A stretch of DNA of 64,000 bases. Origin: an uncultured Holophagae bacterium. Lineage in GTDB: Bacteria; Acidobacteriota; Thermoanaerobaculia; Thermoanaerobaculales; Sulfomarinibacteraceae. Below the pieces are notes generated by a model. That model did not search any database and was not told the DNA's origin. It saw nothing but the letters and a program-made list of their open reading frames with translations. How positions within the stretch are numbered: position 1 is the first letter of the stretch; each line of letters begins with the position of its first letter. Of the stretch, positions 34,557-42,875 are shown piece after piece. The position numbers and the translations under genes were made by a program. The stretch spans positions 27,690 to 91,689 of the forward strand of contig CAWDGW010000017.1 in assembly GCA_963801995.1 (NCBI GenBank), written 5' to 3'.

Positions 34557-36390
34557 CATCATCGTATCGCGAGGCCAGGCGGAAGAACTCCTCGTCGACG
34601 ACGCCCTTCTGGCCGGGACAGCGGTCGTGACCACCACCCAGATTGGGGGGCCGAGGAAGGTCCCAACCGACGAGCATCTTCGCGAACAGATGCGGCGAAT
34701 TTCCGATGTTTTCCCCACCAACTCCGTGGACTACCGGCTTCGCGATCTGGGTGGGTTCAACAAAGCACCGACTCTGCTGAAGGTGAACAAACGGCTCAAG
34801 ACCGTTCGTGCCATGGACAAGGCCTGGGGCGACATCAACCCCGGCATCAGGAGTTTCGCGTTCCTCCTCGATATCGGTCCGTCCTCGACCAAGACCGGCA
34901 TGGCGTGGCTCAAGGTTTCTTCGACGTACGGGTTGTGGGCAGAGGCTCCAACCGCGGGAGGCAGATCAAGGAGCACCGGCGCGCACGAAGGTGCCCACAC
35001 CTGGGGACGAGCCCACGCAGTCTTCTTGTACCGACCGCCATGGGGATCGATCGGATTGTGTGGTTCGAAGTACAATGATTTGGCGTCACCCCATCATCCC
35101 TTTATCGAGTGGACCGGGATCGAGCACGATCTGGTGCACGATATCGATGACGCATGGCGCTTCTTCTGGCCGACGATTGGACCTTTGTCGGAGCCTGACG
35201 ATGAGATATGGGGTTTCTCTCCTCGGGCCTACGCCAACGGCGTGGGTTTCGATCATCTTGTTGTCATCGATCCCAGACTCAGCGCCGAGTTGATGTCCTA
35301 CTGCGATCAAGGCCGCGGTGAACAGGATCGCTGGGTGTCGTCCTTTTCGTACGAAAAGTTGCGGCAGCGGTTGGGAAGCGGAAATGGGGAGTCCGGATCT
35401 GACGGGGAGCTCGGAGGAGAAGGCGATTACATGATCATTGCCGGAGCCATCGATGATGTGACCGGCGAGGTCGAGATGGAGCCCGCTCTTCGCGTCACGG
35501 GATTCGACCCGGGTAACGACGTCGGAGAGGTGCACGTAGCGCTCGTGGATAGTCAGGGTGCCGAGATCTCGGCGCAGGACGTTGCGCTTCTGGTGGACGG
35601 TGACCACTCCTCGATGTCAGACGGTGTGGGCCCCGAGCCGGGTGCCTTTTTTGCGGCAGTAGAGATCCCGGCGGGGATAACCCCGGCAGGAATCGTCGTT
35701 TCCCTTGACGGCATCGAGATCGCGCAGGTCGAAGGGTCGGCGAATCCGCCAACCGTCGAGATCATTTCGCCCGTTGGAGGAAGTTCCGCCAGTGGATCGA
35801 TACCGATCAATTGGAACTTCGCGGATGTGAACGGCGATCTGCTGACGACGACGATCGTGTACAGCATCGACGGAGGTCTGACCTGGGAAACTCTCGCGGT
35901 CGATGTGGAAGGCACCGAATACGACGCTCCAACTCGTTTCCTCAGAGGCAGCGATCAGGCGCGGATTCGCGTGCTGGTGTCGGACGGATTCCACACCGCC
36001 GAGGCAACCTCGGAGATCTTCTCGGTGGATGCCGGATATCCCTTGGCGTCGATCGAATCTCCCATCAACGGCGCCGCGGTTGTGACCGATGGAATCGTCC
36101 ATCTGCGCGGCGATGGCTGGGATCCGGAGGATGGCGTGTTGGATGGCGTCCAGTTGGTCTGGGCATCCGATGTCGATGGTGTGCTCGGCACGGGTACGAG
36201 CATGTCGATTGCGGCCATTGAGTTGACCAGCGGGTGCCAATGGGTATCTCTCACCGCGACGGACGGCGATGGCCAATCGGACACCCGTGAAGTCGAAATC
36301 GACGTTGGCGCCACAGGATGCCTGGGACGGGAGTTCTCCGACGGATTCGAGTCCGGGGACACCTCAGCGTGGAGTGCGACATCACCGTAG
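34501..36390 (+). CDS. C-terminal ORF of the same protein: metzincin-motif protease region plus Ig-like domains, ending in the DGFESGDTSAWS tail
   Basis: HEGAHTWGRAH matches HExxHxxGxxH. It has no signal peptide of its own. Its frame opens only at 34492, overlapping the end of the upstream ORF. The C-terminus is EFSDGFESGDTSAWSATSP-stop. Confidence 0.7.
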   Translation: MVESASGAMNVDANPRGYDIIVSRGQAEELLVDDALLAGTAVVTTTQIGGPRKVPTDEHLREQMRRISDVFPTNSVDYRLRDLGGFNKAPTLLKVNKRLKTVRAMDKAWGDINPGIRSFAFLLDIGPSSTKTGMAWLKVSSTYGLWAEAPTAGGRSRSTGAHEGAHTWGRAHAVFLYRPPWGSIGLCGSKYNDLASPHHPFIEWTGIEHDLVHDIDDAWRFFWPTIGPLSEPDDEIWGFSPRAYANGVGFDHLVVIDPRLSAELMSYCDQGRGEQDRWVSSFSYEKLRQRLGSGNGESGSDGELGGEGDYMIIAGAIDDVTGEVEMEPALRVTGFDPGNDVGEVHVALVDSQGAEISAQDVALLVDGDHSSMSDGVGPEPGAFFAAVEIPAGITPAGIVVSLDGIEIAQVEGSANPPTVEIISPVGGSSASGSIPINWNFADVNGDLLTTTIVYSIDGGLTWETLAVDVEGTEYDAPTRFLRGSDQARIRVLVSDGFHTAEATSEIFSVDAGYPLASIESPINGAAVVTDGIVHLRGDGWDPEDGVLDGVQLVWASDVDGVLGTGTSMSIAAIELTSGCQWVSLTATDGDGQSDTREVEIDVGATGCLGREFSDGFESGDTSAWSATSP

Positions 36391-36400
36391 GGTCAAAGTC

Positions 36401-36551
36401 AGTGCCAGGGCCTACACTCGTGACACCTTGCGCGAAAGACCTCAGTTCATGACCGAGAGTCTTGGCCCTCTGCGTCGTACAAGAACCGGCGTATTTTTGG
36501 GGACCAATCGTCAAAGGTGTCGGCCCTGGCACTGATTTGGCACTGATTTCG
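36401..36551. repeat. REP/MITE-like element, long variant, plus GGCAC-N7 tandem tail
   Basis: AGTGCCAGGGCCTACA...TGTCGGCCCTGGCAC followed by tgatttggcactgatttcg. It is the reverse-complement homologue of 484..632. Confidence 0.75.
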
Positions 36552-36699
36552 TGTCCCCATCTGTTCATATTGGTTTTTGTTGTGTGGTGACCGCGGGGCA
36601 CGGATCAGCGGGTGGGCGAGGGTTGACCCGCACCTCGGAGATCCCGCGCCCGTCGAGAGCGGGTATTCTGGTGGCCGAAACCGAGACGCCATTAAGACC

Positions 36700-38292
36700 A
36701 TGACAGTCCTTCTTCGCAATCTGCCACTGCCGCTCGACCGGGACGAGGTCGAACTGGGGCCCACCGCGGCCGCGGCCCTCGGCGTTGACGCCGGCGGGGT
36801 GGCCATTCACGCCATTGTCAGAAAGTCCCTCGACGCCCGCCGTCGGCGCGAGCCGCGATTTCTCTACACCCTGGCACTCGATCTCGATCCCGGGATCGAG
36901 GCCGACCTGCTCGGCCGTGAGCCTCCACCGGTGGAGCTCTTCGTCCCACCTCCCGAAGTCGGGTTGCGCGTCCGCCCAGCCGCCGTCCACGGGCCATCCC
37001 CGGTTGTGGTGGGAACCGGTCCAGCCGGGCTGTTCGCCGCCTGGCGGCTGGTCGAGGCCGGTTTGGCGCCCACCGTCATCGAGCGCGGGCCGGACGTCAC
37101 CGAACGGACCCGGCGGTGGAACCGCTTCCTGCGCGGCGAGGCCTTTGATCCCGAGTGCAACCTGCTGTTCGGTGAGGGCGGCGCCGGCGCCTACTCCGAC
37201 GGCAAGCTCTACACGCGGGTCCACGACCCGCGGGTGCGCGTGGTCCTGGAGGTCCTCGCGGCGAGTGGCGCTCCGGGGTCGATCCTCTATGACGCCAAGC
37301 CGCACATCGGCAGCAACCTGCTGCCGTCGGTGGTGCGCCGCCTGCGTCGGAGACTCGCCGACCGCGGCGCGGAGTTTCGCTTCTGCACCCGCATGACGGG
37401 TTTGGTCATCGACGACGGTCGCGTGCGTGGAGTCGAGCTCGATACGGGCGGTGTGCTCGCCGCTGACGCGGTGTTTCTGGGGCTCGGCCACTCCGCGCGC
37501 GAAACCATCCGCCGCCTGCACAACGACGGTGTTGCCATGGAGCGCAAGCCCTTCCAACTCGGCGCCCGCATCGAGCACCCTCAACGGGTCATCAACCGTA
37601 TGCAGTACGGGGATTACTGCGACCACCCGAAGTTGCCGCCGGCCGACTACCGGCTTGTGGCCAAGCTCCCCGACGGCGATGTATTCAGCTTCTGTATGTG
37701 CCCCGGTGGCGAGATTCTGCCCGCCACCGAGAAGCCGGGTTTCATTTGCGTCAACGGTGCGTCGCCGCTCGGTCGCCGCGGCCGCTTCGCCAACTCGGGC
37801 TTCGTGATCACGCTCGATCTGGACCGCTTCGGTGGGGACGGCCCGCTCGCTGGGATCGAGCTCCAGGAACGGATCGAGGCGCGGGCCGCCGCCCTCGCCG
37901 AGCACCCCTTCGGTGTTCCGGCGATGCGCTTCGTGGACTTTCTTGGAGCGCGTCTGACCACCGGCGCCCTGCCCGAGTCGAGCTACCCGTTTTCGCTGAC
38001 GGTCGCTCCGTTCGAGGAGTTCCTGCCGGAGCCGGTGGTCGAGGCGTTGCGCAGAGGGCTCCGAGGGTTGTGTGAGCGACTGCCGATCTTGCGCCATCCG
38101 GAGGCCGTCATTGTCGGTCCCGAGTCGCGAAGTTCGTGCCCTGTGCGGATCGTCCGCGACACCGAGACCCTGGAGTCGCCGTCGGCCGCCGGCCTCTACC
38201 CCATGGGCGAGGGTGCCGGCTACGCAGGCGGCATCGTGTCGGCTGCCATCGACGGTCTTCGCTGCGCCGAGACCTTCCTCGCACGCTCGTAG
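36700..38292 (+). CDS. FAD-dependent oxidoreductase (COG2509-like uncharacterised dehydrogenase)
   Basis: Dinucleotide fold VVVGTGPAGLFAAWRLVEAGLAPTVIERG. The family pattern NLLFGEGGAGAYSDGKLYTR is present. The ATG at 36700 is in frame with track ORF 36577..38292. Confidence 0.8.
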   Translation: MTVLLRNLPLPLDRDEVELGPTAAAALGVDAGGVAIHAIVRKSLDARRRREPRFLYTLALDLDPGIEADLLGREPPPVELFVPPPEVGLRVRPAAVHGPSPVVVGTGPAGLFAAWRLVEAGLAPTVIERGPDVTERTRRWNRFLRGEAFDPECNLLFGEGGAGAYSDGKLYTRVHDPRVRVVLEVLAASGAPGSILYDAKPHIGSNLLPSVVRRLRRRLADRGAEFRFCTRMTGLVIDDGRVRGVELDTGGVLAADAVFLGLGHSARETIRRLHNDGVAMERKPFQLGARIEHPQRVINRMQYGDYCDHPKLPPADYRLVAKLPDGDVFSFCMCPGGEILPATEKPGFICVNGASPLGRRGRFANSGFVITLDLDRFGGDGPLAGIELQERIEARAAALAEHPFGVPAMRFVDFLGARLTTGALPESSYPFSLTVAPFEEFLPEPVVEALRRGLRGLCERLPILRHPEAVIVGPESRSSCPVRIVRDTETLESPSAAGLYPMGEGAGYAGGIVSAAIDGLRCAETFLARS

Positions 38293-38437
38293 CCCGCGAG
38301 CCTGCCGGATCGGCGCGCTCAGCAGGCTGCCCGTTTGCGGGGTTCGTTTTCAGAACTCGCATTACCGGGTAGGGGACGAACTGGATTCCGTCGACCGAAT
38401 TGTCGGAGCTCCCCCAAAACGGGCAACTGGAGGAAAT

Positions 38438-39103
38438 ATGAGACGAACACTGATTATCGTGGCAGTCATCGCTCTTTGCGGTTCCATCGCGGTGCCGGCA
38501 TCGGCGGCTGACAAGGGTTGGCATCTTCGGGTCTTTGCCGCAGGCTTCGACCCGGACCTCGACGTGGTCGTCCCTGCCGAAAACCCCGACGAAGTGAGGA
38601 TCACGGCCGACAGTGATCTCGGTTTCGGCGCCAGCCTCGAGTACCAGTTCACCGATCTCCTCGGGCTCGAACTCGGGGTGATGCAGGCAAGCCCTTCGGT
38701 GGAACTGAGCGCCGACATTCCAGACTACGGTCATCTGTCACTGAAAGACTCGATGTCAACCCTGGTCATCACCCTGGACCTCGACGTCCACCTGACACCA
38801 AACAGCCAGTCTTTCGACCTCTACCTGGGCGGCGGGATTGCCAACGCGGGATACAGCGACCTTCACTACGTTGATCCGGATGGAGACCCCCTGGACCTCG
38901 TCGTCAGCGATGATCTCACCTATTCCGCCAAGGTCGGCCTCGATATTCTCTTGGGCAAGAGCAGCCATTGGAGGGCGACCGGCGGACTCCGTTACATCTG
39001 GTCAGACCTCGAAATCAGGCAAGCGGAAGAACCAAACGATGACACGGCGACCTTCGATTTCAACGTCTTCAACTTCACGGTCGGTGTCGCGTACAGCTTT
39101 TAG
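38438..39103 (+). CDS. outer-membrane beta-barrel protein (OmpW/porin-like)
   Basis: GGAGG precedes the ATG at 38438. Signal MRRTLIIVAVIALCGSIAVPASA. Alternating amphipathic strands end in the C-terminal FTVGVAYSF-stop. Confidence 0.7.
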   Translation: MRRTLIIVAVIALCGSIAVPASAADKGWHLRVFAAGFDPDLDVVVPAENPDEVRITADSDLGFGASLEYQFTDLLGLELGVMQASPSVELSADIPDYGHLSLKDSMSTLVITLDLDVHLTPNSQSFDLYLGGGIANAGYSDLHYVDPDGDPLDLVVSDDLTYSAKVGLDILLGKSSHWRATGGLRYIWSDLEIRQAEEPNDDTATFDFNVFNFTVGVAYSF

Positions 39104-39150
39104 CCCGCTCTTCTCACCGGGTATCGTGACGAGGGCGGCGAATCACGGAA

Positions 39151-40564
39151 TCAGAGATAGGGCGACAGCAACCAGGCCAGGCCATCCCGGATCCTGACTG
39201 GCAGGCGTCGCCCGTCGACCTCTTCGAGAGTGACCTCTCGCGATCGCTCCCGGATGGCCTCGAAGTGTGCATCGACGGTCGCCGCGAACTCGCGGTCGTA
39301 GATCTCGACGACCAGCTCGAAGTTGAGCCGGAGACTTCGCGGATCCATGTTCGCCGAACCCACCTGCACATAGTGTCCGTCGACGAGAAAGAGCTTGGTG
39401 TGGACGAAGGGCGGCGGTTGGAGAAAGACGCGCACTCCCCTTTGCAGGACCTCCCAGAGCATGTTCGTGCTTGCCCAGCGGACGAGGGGCAGGTTGTTCT
39501 TTTCCGGGAGGATCACGGTGACCTCCACTCCGCGAAGGGCGGCGGCCTGGAGGGCCCCGACCAGCTCACGAGGTGGGATGAAGTAGGGCGTCATGATGGC
39601 CACCTGCCGGCGTGCGGAGGAGACGGCCCCAACGAGGACTGCAAGCAGCTTGTCGATGTCCTCATCAGGGCCTTCGACGATGGTCCGACACTTGGCGCCT
39701 CCCGCCTCGAGACAAACTCCGGGGAACCGATCCACCTCCTGGCCGGTGACGAACGACCAGTCCTCGAGAAACACCTGCTGAAGCTGCCGGACCACAGGGC
39801 CCACCAACCGGAAGTGGGCGTCCACCACGCGGTCGGGATTGTCGATGCGATCGGCCAGATGCCGGTCACCGATGTTCATTCCTCCGGTGAAAGCCACTCG
39901 ACCGTCAGCGATCAAGATCTTGCGGTGATTGCGGAGGTTGATGTGCAACTCCGGCAGGATCGTTCTGCGGGGGCAAGAACGTAGCGACTTTGACTCCCTT
40001 CTTGGCCAGCAACCTGCGCGCTCGGGGGCGTGAATAAAGCTGTCCCACCCCGTCGACGATGACCCGGGTGTCGACGCCGCGATCCGCGGCCCTGGTGAGC
40101 GCCTCGATGAATTCGAGCCCTGCCTGGTTGGTTTCGAAAATATAGGTCGACAGGAAAACATGGTCTGTTGCGGAGTCGATCTCCCGGAGCATGGCCGGGT
40201 AGGCATTTTCTCCGTTGTGCAGCATCGCGATGCTGTTCCCGCCGGTCAGGTCGAAGCTCGAGACGGCGTCGGAGATCCCCGCGAGTTCCGAGAATTCGAG
40301 CGGCAAATCCGCGGTCGAAACACTGGTTGGTTGTTGCCGGCCGTGCGGGCGGCGGAGTCTGGGCAGCACCTGCGCCTTCGTGCGGATCCGATTGATTCCG
40401 AAGAAGAAGTACAGGAGCGGTCCCGCCAGGGGTATGAACAGGGAAACGACGATCCATCCCAGGGCCGCCCTGGGATCGCGCTTGTTGATCAAAGCATGAC
40501 CTGCAGCCCAGGCAGCGGCCGCAACCCAGATTCCGACAAGCACCCATCTCAGTGGTTCGTACAC
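39151..40564 (-). CDS. cls: cardiolipin synthase (PLD superfamily) with a 1-nt frame disruption in a C5 run (39969..39973)
   Basis: Two HKD motifs: NLRNHRKILIADG and FVHTKLFLVDGHYVQVGSANMDPRS. The N-terminal TM part is in track ORF 39905..40564 and the rest in 39151..40206. Removing one C restores FLPRRTILPELHINLRNHRK. Confidence 0.8.
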
Positions 40565-40753
40565 GGGACCAGGTTACACGTACGGCTCCCAATGGTGGCG
40601 GACACGGTGATATCCAGATCCCGAATATGGGTTTTGTCAGACTCAACCGCAACGTATGCAGCCGACCGTCAGCCGGTGGATCACCGACTGAGCACATGGG
40701 ACTTTCGATGAAGCTCATCAACCTGCCCCCTGGATCGCTGGCGGCAGTGATAT

Positions 40754-41671
40754 TCAGGCGCGTGAATCCCCCGAGTCTTCCAATCCGTAGACCTGCGGGG
40801 GCCCGAGAGCACCGGGAAACCGTTCACGAAGGGCGGTCCGAGCCTCGTAGCAGAGGTGGCAGGCGTCCACGTATCCGTCCTCGTGAGGAAGGTCGAATCG
40901 GCGAACCAGCTCGGCGGGACCGCCGGCGACCAGAGGGCCGATGATCGGGTGTGAGTGCGGTTCGTAGTCGTCGAGCAGCGTCTTGAGCCCGGTTTCTTCC
41001 AGATTGCCGAGCAGGAGACCCTGGCAGAGGTGGACGTTGCCGTGGCCATCGATGTGGACTCGGCCTGGGTCGAGAAAGTCCTCGTCGGGACATTCGTTGA
41101 AGTCGGTCCACGGCCGGCGGGGCAGGCCCTGGGTGAGCTCGGCAACCGCACGTCCCCGGAAACGAACCGAACCTCCGACGATGGGTTGACCCTTCTCGTC
41201 CGGGGAGACACAGACTGACGGAGGGTCGATGGTGATGACCCCCTCGTCGATGCCGAGACGTCGAGCCGCCTGGACGGCGAAACCGGGACGCGGGTCATCC
41301 ACCTCGCCGGCGTGGAAGGCATCGCTCGACACACTCAGGTCGGCCACCTCGAGGTCCCGGAGTGGTTCGAGCCACAGAGCGGCATCGTCCTCGGCGGTGG
41401 CCCAGTAGCAGTTGGTGACGACCCCCGTTGAGAAACCCCGAAGCCTGGCCTGGCGAATTCCCTCGACCAGCAGCGGGAAAAACAGGAAGGGCTCGCCGCC
41501 TTCGAAGTAGATGTCCTCGACGGTGCCCAGCTCTTGCGCCTGGTCGAGAACGCTGAGAAGGGATTCGAGACGAATGGTGCCGCCGGCGCGGGGGCTGGCC
41601 CACACGAAGCAGTGGTCGCACTCGTGGGTGCACTGGTAACTGAGCAGGAAGTGGATTCCGGTCAGGGGCAT
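40754..41671 (-). CDS. radical SAM enzyme (COG0535/SPASM-twitch-like)
   Basis: The CxxxCxxC motif at residues 14-21 is SYQCTHECDHCF. Also present are FEGGEPFLF and C-terminal Cys residues (NECPDEDF...GNVHLCQG...DACHLCYEAR). Confidence 0.8.
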   Translation of the reverse strand: MPLTGIHFLLSYQCTHECDHCFVWASPRAGGTIRLESLLSVLDQAQELGTVEDIYFEGGEPFLFFPLLVEGIRQARLRGFSTGVVTNCYWATAEDDAALWLEPLRDLEVADLSVSSDAFHAGEVDDPRPGFAVQAARRLGIDEGVITIDPPSVCVSPDEKGQPIVGGSVRFRGRAVAELTQGLPRRPWTDFNECPDEDFLDPGRVHIDGHGNVHLCQGLLLGNLEETGLKTLLDDYEPHSHPIIGPLVAGGPAELVRRFDLPHEDGYVDACHLCYEARTALRERFPGALGPPQVYGLEDSGDSRA

Positions 41672-41773
41672 GGCAACCTCCGTGAAAGACCCACCGCAGG
41701 CGTTACGGCACGGCGAGTCTTCGAAGAGTCTGTGGATTGCGCGGCATCTGCCAGGTCCTCAAGGGCCACCGTG

Positions 41774-41908
41774 TCAGTGGCCGATTCGACCCGTCGGGCG
41801 CCTGGGTGCCCGCAGGCTGTTCCAGGAGTGGGCGTCGATGTTGTCGAGGTTGTGTGTGACAATCCACCTCAGGAGGAAATTGTTGTAGCGGGGTCCGTGA
41901 TTGGACAT
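41774..41908 (-). CDS. 44-aa small ORF upstream of the radical SAM gene (candidate precursor peptide)
   Basis: GGAGGAGG, 5 nt, then ATG at 41908. About 80% G/C at third positions. The sequence is MSNHGPRYNNFLLRWIVTHNLDNIDAHSWNSLRAPRRPTGRIGH. It ends 102 nt before the rSAM start. Confidence 0.45.
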   Translation of the reverse strand: MSNHGPRYNNFLLRWIVTHNLDNIDAHSWNSLRAPRRPTGRIGH

Positions 41909-42032
41909 CTTTGCCTCCTCCCGTGGTCTGCACCAATTATCCATTGATCCTACCACCGCGGTTGTCGATGCGATCGCGGTCGTCGTGCTCCTCGGGGCCC
42001 CAACCAGACGGAAACCCTGGCTGTGATGCGGC

Positions 42033-42357
42033 TCAAGGAAGCCGTAAACGACGACCGTTCATGCGGCGGGGCGCAGGCATCTCGAGGCGGATGATGGTCC
42101 CCTCATGGACGACGAGGCGGGGCTCCTGAAGGGCTCTGAGATCCACCCTCCACGACAAGGATGTCAGCCAACCTGCCGGTGGAGAGGGTGTCCAACAAAT
42201 CCTCCCGGCGGCAGACCACCGCGGCGTCGGATGTGGCGGCGACGATGATCTGCATTGGGGCCATTCCGGCGAATTCCATCCCCTCGATCTCTGCCATTGG
42301 CATTCCGCTGGTCAGGCCTGTCAACCAAAACCAGAACAGCGAGTGGTACGATCCCAA
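42033..42357 (-). pseudogene. C-terminal remnant of an amidohydrolase-family gene (frameshifted, N-terminus missing)
   Basis: GMAPMQIIVAATSDAAVVCRREDLLDTLSTGRLADILVVEG, then in another frame DLRALQEPRLVVHEGTIIRLE. This matches the usual amidohydrolase C-terminus (mtp.eal.aaT.naA...g.l..GklADlvvl.gdPl.di..l..v..V...G). Confidence 0.5.
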
Positions 42358-42392
42358 TCACCACACCACTCGGATTCGATTCGGAGGGGTCA

Positions 42393-42875
42393 ATGCCCAA
42401 TACAATTCGGTTCACGCTCAACGGACGGTCCACGGCACTCGACGTCGAGAATGGGCGGATGCTGCTGTGGGTGCTGCGTACCGAGCTCGGGCTCACCGGT
42501 ACGAAGTACGGCTGCGGTGAAGGGCACTGCGGTGCGTGCACGGTGTTGGTGGATGGAAAGGCCGAGCGCTCGTGCCACATTCCGGTAGAAGGAGTGGCGG
42601 GCAAAGAGGTCATCACCATTGAGGGCCTGGCCAAGAATGGGACCCTGCACCCGGTTCAGGCTGCTTTCGTGGAGCACGACGCTCTGCAATGTGGGTTCTG
42701 CACGCCAGGGATGGTCCTCAACGCCTATGGTCTGCTGCTCGAGAACCCGAGTCCGTCGCGCCAGCAGATCCTCGATCATTTGGAGGACAACCTCTGCCGG
42801 TGCGGTGCCCATGTCCGGATCGTCAAAGCGGTTCAGGCGGCGGCGGTTGAAATGCGGAAGGCGGTGCGGTCATGA
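42393..42875 (+). CDS. (2Fe-2S)-binding small subunit of a molybdenum hydroxylase (IorA/CoxS-like)
   Basis: GGAGGGG precedes the ATG at 42393. The cluster motifs are CGEGHCGACTV and CGFCTPG...CRCG. Confidence 0.85.
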   Translation: MPNTIRFTLNGRSTALDVENGRMLLWVLRTELGLTGTKYGCGEGHCGACTVLVDGKAERSCHIPVEGVAGKEVITIEGLAKNGTLHPVQAAFVEHDALQCGFCTPGMVLNAYGLLLENPSPSRQQILDHLEDNLCRCGAHVRIVKAVQAAAVEMRKAVRS

